NCBI GenBank assembly: GCA_013239625.1
Contig: MU053352.1
Coordinates: forward strand, 815,079 to 879,078
DNA from: Lama guanicoe
Lineage: Eukaryota
Direction: 5' to 3'
Length of the DNA: 64,000 nt
Shown: piece after piece, positions 45,837-59,200 of the stretch
Layout of the letters: each line of letters begins with the position of its first letter
How positions within the stretch are numbered: the first letter of the stretch is position 1
Program-made: the position numbers and the translations under genes
The notes under the pieces: model-generated
The model's input: the letters and a program-made list of their open reading frames with translations, nothing else
Told to the model about the DNA's origin: nothing
Database searches by the model: none

Positions 45837-48765
45837 CCTATTACACCAAGTTTGTGTTGTTTGAACCCTTGCTGATAGTGTTTGAGCTCTCATTACTGGG
45901 AGAGATATGTTAAAATCTTCCATTACGATTGTGTATTTATCTATTTCTCCTTGTGGTTGTGTCCATTTTACTTTATTTTCAGATGTTATTAGATGCATAT
46001 GAGTTTTAGAACTTCATGAATTTTACTTTTCATCATTATAAAGTGTTTTTTTAAATCTCTTGAAGTTGACATTAGTAATATTTTTTGCCTCATAATCTGT
46101 CTTGTCTGTATAGTTATGTTTTAGGTGTTTTCTTATAAATAGCATATAACTGGATTTTTAAAAAAATATTTTTCATTCTTACTCAAAGCATTTAACTTAA
46201 ACTTTGTGTAATTATTGATGCATTGGTTATTGACTTATTTCCATCTTCCTACTTTGTAATTTTTATTCCACCTTATCTGCATTCCTTTTTCCTTTCCTGC
46301 TTTCTTTTAGATTGACTGAAAATTTCTCCCCGCATACAGTGTTTTTCCTCTGTTCTGGAAGTTTAGTATTCTCATTCCTCCATATATTTTACATAATCCT
46401 TAACTCATCAAAGTCTAACTCCACAAACCACTTAGTATTGTTTCAATAAATTTTTGTTAGTCTTCATTTTCCTTTCATTCCTGAACGATATTTTCATTGG
46501 GAATACTAACAGTTTCTCCTCTACTTTGGAGATATTTTATTGTCTTCTAACTTTCTCTGGAGGTCAGAAGACAGTGAATTCCCAGTCTAATCAATGCTCT
46601 CTCAAGGTACCCCTCTGCAAATTTGGTTCCTTGTAAGATTTTGTGGTTTTTAAAGGTCTTGCATTTTCACTATATTGTATTTAGCTGTAGATATCTTTTT
46701 ATTTACCTTTACTAGGATTTGTTGCGATTGAGTCTGTATACTGGTATTTCTTGTCAAAAAGCTAATTTTTTAGTCATTAACTCTTCAAAGATTGCTTGTG
46801 CTCCATTTTCACTAGATACACTTGGCATCTTCTTACTTCATCCTCATCTCTTCTCTTTTATATTTTTCACCTCTGTGTGTCTGTGTTGCTTTCTGGATAC
46901 TTAACACAGATCTCACTTCCATGCCTCTAATACTCTCCTCGTTGTATAATCTGATATTCATTATTTTTAGTGATTTTTTTTCAATTTCTGCAAGTTCTTT
47001 AGTATTTTTTTAATGCTTTTTACTCATTTGCAAGCCACTCTTCTGTTTCTAGATATATATTAAATGTACTTATTTTACACTGTGTCTGCCAATTTCTCTG
47101 TATCAAGGGGTTTTATGTTATGCATGATTCTGATGTAATTTCTGTTGGCCATTGTTTATGGGCCAATTTGTTGTGTTTCCTTGTATCTCTGGAGATACTA
47201 TACTGTGAGCTGCTGGTTTTCCTGGCAGCTTCACATCTGAGGTTCTGTAAGGCCTGGAGTGAAGGGGAGAGCCTCCAGAGAGGATCTGTTTGTTTCTCTC
47301 ATGTGACTGGGGACAGACGTTGCCAATTTGGGACCAAGCTATATTCTCTACTAGAGCTTTTATTGGACCACCCTGATAATATGTATTTGGGCTGTGAAAT
47401 CAAATGAGGGTCTGCTTCTGATTACAAATTCTTAGTTTTCTTTTTTTCTGCTCTGCTTAGGACTAACCTTTAAGACAAGCAATTTTCCTTGTATTCGATT
47501 ATTGATTCACCATTGTATTGAAGGTATAGCCCTTGGGGGCCCAGCTTTAGGGAGGACATGTACTGATGCCCTACATCAGGCAGGCCATTTGAGGCTATGA
47601 AAACTTAGTTAGGCTCAGTGGGCTCAGTAAATGGCTATGAGAAGCAGACTTCGGGACTTGTATCTCCCCTGGTTTCCACATCCACTTAATTTTTGGCCTA
47701 AGTATTCCTTATATTCATTCCAGCTCATGGATGCATTTAAAGTATTTTAAAATTTTTATCCAGCATGTCTAGTTTTCCACAAAGGATGATAATCCAGGCA
47801 CCTAGTCTACCATTGCCAGAAAAAGAAACCCCTCTTGAACTGGCTGGTAAAATGAATGATTTACAACTAAAAGCTTCCCAACTTTGACCCATTCTGGCAT
47901 TTCTCTGTAAACCGAACTTGGGCATGGGTTTACCAGTGTGAGGTATCAGCTTTTTGTATATGGCTGGATTCTATTTGCTGTTGTCATATTTGGATATATG
48001 GAAGTTCTGTTCTTATATTCCATTCCCTCCCTTGGCAGATCCCCTCTCCACTGCCTCATGGGTCAGGGCCATCCTGGGGGTGCCCCCCTGCCCTTCTCTC
48101 CAGTGAGAGCTGCCCCCCAGCACCTCTGCCAGGACTCACCGGTGTCTGCCTGCCTCCCCACAGATGGGAAAGCAAGCACCTGGAAAGGAAGGAGTTTTGC
48201 GGAGCCAACCTTGGATCCCACAGCACTGGGGTGTCAGGATCGATGGTTAGAGCCTGGCTCTGATGCCCCTATGGTGCCTGCCCCGCTTCATCCTGTCTCC
48301 TGGAAGTGCTGGCACTGGGAGGAGGACCTACTGGGCCAGACCAGCCACCCTTGGCTGGGTCCTAGGAGCTACTGACCCAAGTTGCTTGGCAACCTGGGGC
48401 AACAGAAGTGGCCCAGGTCACAGTTGTTGGGCAACCCTAGAACTCACCAGGGCCAGTGTTCCCTGTGGAGGGTGGTGAGGGCCTTGGCTTGGCCCCAGGC
48501 CAAACTGTGACCCTCTGCTAGGTCCTGACTCAGCCTTTGGCAGCCTTCCTGGCCCAGACCCTGTCCCACCATATCTTCCACCCCCACCCCTCCCCATCCA
48601 GACCAACCTCCCACTGCTGGCTTCTGGCACTGAGCAGAATAAAGCCCCACACTCCTCCCCCATGCCACCTGTGGGCTGTCATCTGCTCCCCTGTGTCAGC
48701 CCTGCTCCACCCAGTTACAGACAGGCTCAGGGACAGGGCCGTGGAAAACTCCAAATCCAAGGTTT

Positions 48766-48771
48766 TTTATT
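48766..48771 (-). terminator. OSBP2: OSBP2 polyadenylation signal AATAAA
   Basis: Plus strand tttatt; followed on - by U/G-rich ttggatttggagtttt; about 1.35 kb after the stop codon. Confidence 0.7.
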
Positions 48772-50124
48772 ACTGGTCAGAAGGTGCTCACTCACAAACA
48801 GTGCTGAGAAGAGGAACATTGAACAGCTCTGCCGCCCGCCCACCTGCCCTCTCTCCAGTGGGCACCCTAAGGCATTTCACACGTTGGTGTTTTCACTTTT
48901 GTTTTTTTATAAAAACAAAGCCAGTTCTGGAGTAGAAAGTAAAACCCTGTGATGGATTTTTCAGGACCAAACAAAAGTGGGAAAGGTTGGAGTGTGGGTC
49001 CTGAGGGGCTGGGACAGTGGCCCAGTCCCCCCCCCCACAGGTGGCAGAAGCCATTGGAAGGGGGTCCAAGGAGAGGGCAGGGCACAGCTGATGGGGCCAA
49101 ACTCAGACAGGAGTGCCCTGTCTTCATCATTTTTGCACTTCTATATACCATACAAATTTAAGCAAAATAGCTATTTTATATATATTTATATATCATAGAT
49201 ATAAATCAGGCAAATAAAGAGTTCAGGGGGTACTGAGATGGGGCACCCCAGAGGCGGGATGCTGAGTCTCTGGTGCCCAGGACACCAGCCCAGGCTGAGC
49301 TGAGGGTTGGTTCTTATTGCTGATTTGGGGCATGGTTCTGGGGCAGGAGCACCTGCAGGCTGGGCCCCTGGCCCTTCCTGGCCTTTTTGGGGCTGGGGAG
49401 CAGCCCCAGCACGGCCAAGGCTAGGCAGGGGCTGTTGCCCTCAAATCCACATGGCGGCTGGGGCTGTAGCTCCAGAGACAACTGACTTGTGCTCTCCTGG
49501 GCCAGGGCAGCCCCTTGGTTCCCTTTTCTGGGGGGTCCTGGGCTCCTGGAGGGTGGGCAGCTCAGATACAAAGGGCTTTGCTATTTGAGCTACAAAATGC
49601 TCCCAACTCAGAGGGGTCTGTCTGGCTTCCTGATGTCTTAAAAAGAAGGGGCTCTTGCCAGGACACTTTTGTGGCAAGAAAGCACACTTAGAAAGTTTTC
49701 CACTAAGTGCTGTACTAAAAATATTTACTAAACATCTTGGCTGGAAAGAAATGGAGATCATTTTTTCTAAAAAAGTCAAAAAGCAGCTCCATGGGAGGGA
49801 CCAGTTCCTCCCTGGGTGGGGCTGGTGACCAGGGCGGGGGCCAGCCTGCCTGAGTTGTGGAAACTGGAATTGTGGTAACTGGAGCAGCGGTTCGGATGGG
49901 GCCCGAGTCTATAGTGAAGGGGTGTGGGAGACCCGGGGCACCTGGGGGCTGGAGAGAACCCGGGTCAGCATTTCCTCCTTACAAGGCAGGAGCCCCAAAA
50001 ATGTGTTATTTAAAAAAAGGAGAAGAAAAAGGTGGAGTGGGAGGACGGGTGAGTACTAAATTGAGTGCATTAAATAAAAGGTGGACTAGGCTGTGCAGGC
50101 GCCTGTATTTGCAGGAGGGGGCGC

Positions 50125-50267
50125 TCAGAAGATGTTGGGGCACATGTGCCAGTCCTGCTTCTCCTTAGCCTCCCAGTAGCCGCCCTTGTACATGCAGGCC
50201 GTCTCCCCGGTCAGCGGGTCCAGCCTCTTCTCGAACCACAGCGGCATGTACACTTCGGCCTCCTTCT
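50125..50267 (-). CDS. OSBP2: OSBP2 last coding exon (EKEAEVY...WHMCPNIF*)
   Basis: Tandem acceptor ccag|cag|; TGA at 50127-50125. Confidence 0.93.
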
Positions 50268-53200
50268 CTGCTGGAGGAACGCGGGCTGGTGGGCGGAGGG
50301 CCTGCCTCCTCCCAGCGCCCCAGAAATCCACACCCTGTCCCCTCTCCCGCTGGCACGCCTCCCTGCCCCCAGGCAGGGCACCCCTTCCCAGTCCCTAGGA
50401 GACCCTTGTCCCCACTCTCACTGGCCCCACTCCTCGCTCCTGGGGTCCCCCCATCCCCGCCTCACCTTCCTCCGCGCCACAGCCCCGCGCGCAGGCCTCC
50501 AGCCGCCGGCGCCGGTTTAGGCGCTGCTTCTCCTCCAGCCGCTGCTTCTCCGTGTTGGCCTCGTCCCAGTGGCCCTTCTCCATCAGCCGCTGGTCCGGAC
50601 GCAGGCGGCTGTCAGTGGGCGCCACGCCCTCCTCGTGCTCGTTGAGGGTCAGGGCCAGCTCCGAGAAGTAGTACATGTTCTCTGCGTTCTCCCTGCGGTG
50701 GCCCCGCTGCGTGAGGTCCAGCCGCCCTCCGTCCCTCCCCATCCCGTGTGTCCCTCCACCCCTGCAGACCGGCTGGGGCGCCCACGTCGCCCCTTCCTCC
50801 CCGCGCCTAACAGTCTCGCTCCACCGACCTGCATCTGTTTTGTTACTCCTGTCTGTTTTGTCATACTCTTCTGGGAATTTGCCACTTTCGTCCAATTTTT
50901 CATATTTATCAGCCAGAAGTGTCTCATAATGTCATTATTGTTGCTTTAATGTGTGACAGCAGCGTCCTTTTCGCGTCTGTGATGTTGGTCTTAATGCGCC
51001 TTCTCTACTCACTCATAGCAGAGAAAGTTTGTCCGTTTCCTTCATTGGCTGAAGATGAAGCTTTGCTGATCCTATTTTAGATTTTTCTGCACTATTGATT
51101 TTGCTTGTATAGTCTTCCTTTTACTTTGTTGGACTTTCTTTTGCTGCTCCTTTTCTAACTTCTTGGGGTATATGCTTAGCTCCATATTTCTCTGTGTTTC
51201 TTTTCTAATACGTGCATTTCAAGGCTACAGATTTCACTCCAACTACTGGATCCCACTGTTTTTGATGTGTATTATTTTCATTATCATGCAGTTATATTTT
51301 CCAATTTTCATTATACCTTCTTTGTCCTATGGATTGGTTAGAGGTATATTTCTTAAGTTTAAAAATACATGAAGATTTTTCTCATCTTTATTTCCAGCAT
51401 AATTGCCTTGAAGGCACGGTATACTTGGTGTAATTTCAGTTCTTTGAAACTTGCTTTATGGCCCAGTACATGGTCAGTTTCTGAAAATGTTCCACATGTA
51501 ATCAAAGAGCCTGCGTATTCTACAGTTGTTGAGTGTCCTGAAGGTTCTATTGTTCAAACTTGTCCTTTTTTTTTTCTCTGTTCTCCATTAAAAGAAGTAT
51601 ATTAATGGGGAAGGTATATAGCTCAAGTGGTAGAGTGCATGCTCATCATGCATGAGGTCCTAGGTTCAATCCCCAGTACCTCCTCTAAAAAAATAAGTAA
51701 GTAAACCTAATTACTTCTCCCCCACAAAAAGAGGTATACTAAAATCTCCCACTTTGGTTGTAAACTAGTCCATTTTTCCTTATATTTCCATCAACTTTGC
51801 TGTATATATTTTGAGTAATTAGATACAGGGTATATTCAAACTGAAAACATCTTCCTGGTGAACTGAACCTTTATCATTGTGTCCCTCTTTGGTCTTTTTG
51901 TTTTAAAGTCTGTGTTGTGATATCACTACAGCTGCAGGCAGCTTTTGCTTGGTTAATTTTTCTATGTATACATTTCTTCTTCCATCCTTTTATTCCAATC
52001 TTTATTTCCTTATTTAGATGTGTTTCTTGTAAACCACATATAGTTGGATTTAAAAAACTTTGAAAGCTTATAATGGGAACACTTAATGTAATTCCTGATA
52101 TGTTGGATTTAAATCTACTAGCTTATTTTTTTTTCTTTTCATATTGTCGCTTTTTTGGACCTCAGGTGCACAGTTTTGGATTAGTCATACTACTTGGTAC
52201 ATTGGTCTTGGCATGGCCTGCTTATATTAATGCAACCTTGGCACCTGAACAAAAGATAGAATCCTGACAAAACCTACATCTAACCATATGGAAAACTCAT
52301 CATCCATCCCCTACTCAGGTTCATCAGTCCTTTGCTTTCTGTTTAATACAGTTTTGTCGCATCTTTAAGTAGTCTTAAGTGTGTGTGTATTAATATACAT
52401 ATATTTTATGTTTTTAACTGTATAAAAAGAAAATCATGATCTATGTAACTTTGTAGGAGTTGCTTTTTAAAACAATTTTATATTGCTAAAATTGACCTAT
52501 ATTTCATCTTGCTGTGGTTCATTTGTTTTCAACTACAGTAAATATTGTCTTGTGTGAATATATTGCAATTATTCATCCAATAAATTTGGGTTGTTTCCAA
52601 GTTTTTGCTTTGGGGCAATCTGACACATGTTTCCTGTTGTGCATTTTTAGGAACTTCTCATGAGCCCACACCTCGCCACAGAGTATGTGCTGTTCTTTAG
52701 GAGCAGAGGCCACACTGCTTTCCAGTGATGTATAAGAGATACTGTGGATCTACGTCTTCGTCAAACTTGACAGTACCAGACTTCATTTTTTCGAATCAAA
52801 TGAAGGTAAAACTGGATCTCATTGTGGTTTTGATTTGTATTTCCCCGAGTACTGATGATGCTGATCATTGCCATCTGATGACTGGCCATATGCGTTTCTT
52901 CTTCTGTGAAATTCTTGTTCATGACTCTTGCACATTTCCCACTGGATTGTTTTGCTTTATTCATTAGAAGTCTTTATTCTTTTTTACTTATTATTTTTAG
53001 TTGGGGTAGAATACTTCTTATGTATTTCTTAAGTATATTTTTATTGAAGTATAGTCAGTTTACAATGTTGTGTCAATTTCTGGTGTACAGCGTAATACTT
53101 CAGTCACATAGGAACATACATATATTCGTTTTCATATTCTTTTTCACCATAAGTTACTGCAAGATATTGAATATAGTTCCGTGTGCTATATAGTATAAAC

Positions 53201-56200
53201 TTGTTGTTTATCTGTTTTATATATATTAGTTAGTATCTGCAAATCTAAAACTCCCAGTTTATCCCTTCCCTCCCCTTTCCAACCTGGTAACCCTAAGTTT
53301 GTTTTCTATGTTTGTGAGTCTGTTTCTGTTTTGTAAATAAGTTCATTTCTTCCTTTCTTCCTTTCTTCCTTTCTAAATTCCACATACAAGTGATATCATA
53401 TTATATTTTTCTCTTTCTGGCTTACTTCACCTAGAATGACACTCTCCAGGTCCATCCATGTTGCTGCAAATGGCAGTATTTTATTATTTTTTATGGTTGA
53501 GTAGTATTCCATTGTATAAATATATCACAGCTTCTTTATCCAGTCATGTTGATGGATATGTAGGTTGTTTCTATGTCTTGGTTGTTGTAAATAGTGCTGC
53601 TATGAACAATGGGGTGCATGTGTCTTTTTGAATTAAGGTTCAAATTAAGGTCCTGGATATATGCCCAGGAGTAGGATTGCTGGATCATATGGTAAGTCTA
53701 TTTTTAGTTTTTTAAGGAATCTTCATACTGTTTTTCATATTGGCTGCATTAAACTACATTCCCACAGTGTAGGAGGGTTCCATTTTCTCCACACCCTCTC
53801 CAGCATTTATTGTTCGTGAACTTTTGAATGATGGCCATTCTGACTGGTGTGAGGTGATACCTCATACTTTTGATTTGCATTTCTCTGATAATTAGCAATA
53901 TTGAGCATTTTTTCATGTGCCTGTTGGCCATTTGTATGTCTTCACTGGAGAAATGCTTGTTTACTTCTGCCCATTTTTGGATTGGGTTGTTTGTTTTTTC
54001 TTATTAAGTTGTATAAGCTGTCTATATATTCTGGAGATTATGTCCTTGCCAGTCTCATCTTTTGCAAGTATTTTCTCCCATTCTGAAGGTTGTCTTTTTC
54101 TTTTGCTTATGGTTTCCTTTGCTGTGCAAAAGCTTATAAGCTTAATTAGGTCCCTTTTGTTTATTTTTGCTTTTATTTCTATTGCTTGGGTAGAGTGCCC
54201 TAGGAAAGCATTGCTGAGATTTATGTCAGATAATGTTTTTGCCTGTGTTTTCTTCTAAGAGGTTTATAGTGTCTTGTCTTATGTTTAAGTCTTTAAGCCA
54301 TTTTGAGTTTATTTTTGTGTATGGTGTAGGGAGTACATGATTTACATCTTTTTTTTTTGATTTACATCTTTTTATGTATTCTTAATATACTAATCCTTTG
54401 TCAGGTGTAAATATCATGATTACCCTCTCTAAATTTATATATTGTCTTTTTGCTTTCTCTAAATTGTCTTTTAATAAGCAAAATTTCTTTTAATGAACGA
54501 AAGTATTATAATTGAACTGCATCAGGTTTTTTTCCATTATTTAAGAGATACTTGCTTAAGTTCTAAAAGATACTGTGTTTTCTACTTAGAGTTTAACTCA
54601 CTGTCTAAGAGCTAGTCAAATATAGTACTTATTGTAAGACCTTTATTTGGAGTTGATTTTTGTAATAATGTAAGAGAGAGATTCACGAAGTCTTTTTCTG
54701 TGTGGATAACCATTTCCCCCAGATCCTTTTAGTGATGGTGCCATTTATCCATGTGATCTGATATGCTACCTTTGTTATATACCAAAGATACATGCATATC
54801 CAGGGGCTGTTTTTGGGCTCATTGTTCTGTTTCACTGTAGCTTCAAAGTAAGTCCTCTTTTTTTCTGTTCTTCTTTAGAAATATCCTGGCCCTTTATTCT
54901 TCAATATAAATGTAAAAAATCATAATATCAGGTTCCATGAAAATCACTATTGGGATTTTATTTGATTTACTGACTCTTTAGATCATGACATTTTTATAAT
55001 ACTCATTCTACCCATGAACATGGTATCTTTCTCCATTCATTTAGCTCTTCCTTGATATCTCAGCAAAGTGTTATATGCAAGACCTCTACAGAGAAAATTT
55101 ATTATAAGGTCCTTTATATTTGCTGATATGATAACTGGTGTCTTCTCTGAAACTGTGTTTTCTCATTGTTTTCTTTTAGTGTGTATAAACGCAACAGACT
55201 TTTACATATTAATCTTACGTTGAGGCACCCAAAATGCATTTTCTGAATCTGTTCAGATCTGTTAAAGTGATGAGTTAATTTATGAATTTTCTAGTATAAG
55301 ATCATCTTTATATACCCAGGATATACTCAACATGATTGAAGAACGTTGTTTTTCTTATACTGTTGGATTTTCTGATGTCTTGTTTTGGAATTTTGCTCAC
55401 ATATTCATGAGTGAAAGAGCGTATGTGGAACTTTTATTTTCCTACTACTCTGTTAGCCTGGTTTGGTGTCAGGTATCTTATACTGGTTTCACAGGATAAG
55501 AGAGGAAAGTATTTCTTCTTTTTCTGTGGTCTGAAAGATTTTATATAAAATTGGGATAATATATCTTAAAAATTTGGTAGAATTCACCTATAAAATTATC
55601 TGGGCTTTTGTTTTCCCTGTGGGAATTTTTAAACTAATGCTTCAGTTTCTTTATTATAGGACTATTCATGCTTTTTTTCCTTCAAGACTCATTTCTTTTA
55701 AGTTATAAAATTTGAATGATATCTTTATACTTTAAATGTCATATGAAACTTTTATTAATATTTATGTCTGTATTTTCTCTGGATCAGTCTTGCTAGTAGT
55801 TTTCTTTTTTTTTCCCCTCAAAGAATCAACTTCTGGCTTTTTTAACTTCTTACTTTACTTCTTTCTATTTTACTAATCCCTGCTTTTATTTTTAAGGTGT
55901 ATTTTCTTCATTCTTTCAGTTTCTGTGTTGAACTTTCTCTCATTTCTTAGCATGGAAACTCAAAAAAGAAAAAGCCTTGTAAGTTTTTATACCTATTTAA
56001 GGCAGTACATTTCCTTTGAAGCATTGCCTTTAGTACATCCAGCCAGTTTTGATATCTTTTTTTCTTCTCATTCAGTTCTAGGCATTTTAAAATTTCCATT
56101 CTAATTTATTATTTTACCCATGAGTTATTTAGCAAATGAAAAAAATTTCCAAATATGTAGGGACTTTTTGACATCTTGTTCATAACTTCTAACTTAATTA

Positions 56201-59200
56201 TCTTATAGATTTCACTTGTTGAGCCTTTCTTTAGAGTTTAGTACATAATTTTTGTGTAAATTCCATGTGTACTTGAGTAAAAAGCATGTTCTCTGATTGT
56301 TGCAACCATAAGTATATGTATATCCTGTGTTGTTTTTTTCCTGTTTGACTCAACAAGAGACGGGGTGAACTGAAATCTCTCAGTCTCCCACTGTGGTGAT
56401 AGATTTATCCATTTCTCCCTTTCCTATCAATACGTGCTGTGTATTTTTGAGGCTACCTGCATAATGTCTAACAACATTATGCCTTCTCAAAGAACTCAGC
56501 CTTTTATCACATAGCGTCTCTTTAACCCTTAATAATGCCTTTGTCTTAGTCTATTTTTACCTGATATTAATAGAGCCGTTGTAGCTTTTTGGGTTAGTAT
56601 TTCCACGATATGTCTGTCTTTTGCGTTCAGCCTCTGCCCATCTTTCTGTTTTGGATCTTTCTTAGAAGGTCCATGCATCTGGGTTTTTAAAAATCCATTC
56701 AGTATTTTGCTTTTTAACTACTGAGTTTCATCTATTTATATTTATTACGCTTAGACCTATTTCTACTGTGTTAATTTACTGTTTTTATTTGTCCTTTTTC
56801 TTTTTAATATTTTCTTACTAATTTAGAAATCTTCTGTCTCTTCCTTCACATCCCTGGTGCCTTCTCTGTCTCCCCAAACCCCATCATGTTAACATTACCT
56901 ACACTTCTAATTCTGGATTATTGTGGGAATATTTTCTCTTTTTCTTTGGTCTTATTAATTGTTTAAAAAAAACATACACCCAACTTTTCATTTTATGTAC
57001 CTACCACAGCACCTTCTGGATTTTTTCCCCCGTTTTAAAGTACTATGTCCAGTACCCTTTTCATTGTGGGTTTTTGTGTGGCAAACTTGAGGCTGTTTGC
57101 CTGAGAATTTTTTTTTTAAATCATGGCGTCATATTTGAATGACAGCTTGGCTGGACAGAAAATTTTACTCTGATTTCATTTTTTTCATTACTTTAAAAAT
57201 ATTACTCGTGTTGGCTGTTAAAAAATGTGACATCAACCTGATTCTTCATTCTCTACTGAAACCTTTTCTCTCTTAAGGCTATTTGAATTTTCTTCTTGGT
57301 ATCCTTCATTTTCACTGTAGTGTGGTCTGGGCAGAAGTTTTCTTTCTCTTTCGTCTCTGGAATATAACAGGCCTTTTCAACCCAAGGTCTTTCATCTCTT
57401 TATTCTGGGAAATTTATCTCCATCGTTTTTCTTTAACTACTTTTCTCTCTCCTTTCCATTTTTTTCTTTCCTTTAGTTCTGGGATTCCAACCAAACATAT
57501 TAATTTAGTGGTTGCTCTCAGAATTACAACTTGTGTACTTCAAAGAGTCAAAAATCAGTGCGCATCCTGACCCACCTCTCGGGTAACACAAGGGCCTTGG
57601 AAAAGTTTCCTTCCTGTTATCGCTCTTCTGACTTCCATGATTGTGCGGTTGTACTTAATGTTTAGATTTTAACCCTCACAAGACACTATTGCTCTTGTTA
57701 ATTCACTGTCCACGTGATTTTTGTTCTTCATTTATTCACACACCTTGGTTCTTCCATCTGGGAGCTGTATCCTTTAGTGCAGGTCTGCTGGGGGCAAAAT
57801 GAGGTTTTATTTGTCTGAAAACGTCTGTTTCAGCTTTGCTCTATAAGACTGTTCTTGCTGGGTGTATAATACCAGGCTGGCAAGTGAGTCTTTCTGTACC
57901 TGGAAGATTCCACTTGACTGTCTTCAGGCTCCCGTTACTGCTGTTCCTTGGAAAGTACAGTCTTTTTAAAATCTGACTGCTTAATATTTTATGATTTAGT
58001 TTCAACAGTTTCACTGTATAGATTTAGGTGTGGGAAATTCTCTAGTGTTTTCAGATATGCTCTTTCTTTTGGACTCTGACTGGAAGCAGGCTGGACCCTG
58101 CTCTCAAACTCGATGTGCACCCAACGTCCAGATGCTGCACCTCTCAGGCCCTGGGGCTGCCCCAGGACTCACTCAGGGTCACCAGGGAGCTAGCCTCTCA
58201 GTTTAGCTTCTTGTCTTTTCCATGTTTTGTCTCTTTATCTGAAGATTTTGATGATTTCTTCTGACCTATATTCAGTCGGTAGATTCTCTCTGTTAAACCT
58301 TCTCATGGAGTTCTCAACTTCAGTTCTTCTGTTTTCCCTTTGTAGAATTTTCATTCTCTTTGGAATCAGCTGTGTCACTTTTATAGTTTTGTGTTTCCTG
58401 CACTCTTGGACTATGGGGGCTTGTCCTATCAGCCTATCTTAAGTCTCTGTGTAGGACTTGTGTGTCACACTTATTTACAGTTGGCTGTCGCCCTCATGCT
58501 GGGATATCAGCACACAGTACTGTCCTCCCCTCCCATGTGGATCCCTGCCTGCTGCTCCCTCCCTGTCTGGCTGGATGAGGTTACCTGCCTGCCCTGTCCA
58601 CTGCCCTCGCCTCCTTGTCCCCCCTACCCCACAGTCCCACTCACGGCAGTGGGTACTTCTTCCACAGCAGCTTGGCTGGTAGTGTCTGGTACACCGTCTT
58701 CTGCTTCCCATCCGAGCTGGGGCTACTGGGGCTGCTTTGCACGATCTTGGCGCACTCCATCTGTTCATCCCACGAGCCTGACAGCACATAGTGGGCCTTG
58801 CCCTGGCTGTCACTCACGACTCCTGTCACCTGTGGACATTGGCAGGGCCAGCATAGGCACACGCCCCCTTCTGGGCTCCCTGACTGAGGCTCCAGGAGGT
58901 GGCCTTGCTTACCTTTCGGGCCACCTCTTTGGAGAAGTAGCTGTAGGGCAGGAACTTCAGCTGGCACCGGTCCTTGGTCTTGTGGTTCACAATCTCGATG
59001 TCCCCTGTCTGGTGAGTGAAGGGGTGGTCAGCGGCCGATCCCCAGGCCACATGCCCCTTCCCCAAGGGCACCCCCTGACCTGGTCGATCCAGAGCTTGCC
59101 CACGATGATGTTATGCACAGTCGAGGTGCTTTTCCTCCACACGTAGTGATTCCCACTGGCCTGGAATTCTAAGTGGATGGCACCTGTAGGCCAGATGTAG

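Larger units (their letters stand above)
41400..47770 (-). mobile_element. Block of old, fragmented LINE-1 (L1M-type), approximate ends
   Basis: T-rich plus strand. Minus translation near 45900-45960, QGEIDKYTIVMEDFNISL, resembles the L1 ORF2 endonuclease segment around GDFN. Confidence 0.75.
50930..58450 (-). mobile_element. Nested old LINE-1 fragments filling the ~8 kb OSBP2 intron (approximate ends)
   Basis: T-rich plus strand with repeated L1 ORF2-like segments, e.g. 51731-51790 and 56355-56430 resemble 45901-45955. Confidence 0.7.

Noticed and set aside
50108..50126. CTCF-like AGGGGGCGCTC next to the OSBP2 stop codon
   Set aside because: The 5' half mismatches key consensus positions
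58391..59146. 251-aa plus-strand ORF
   Set aside because: Antisense shadow of three OSBP2 exons with a non-ATG start
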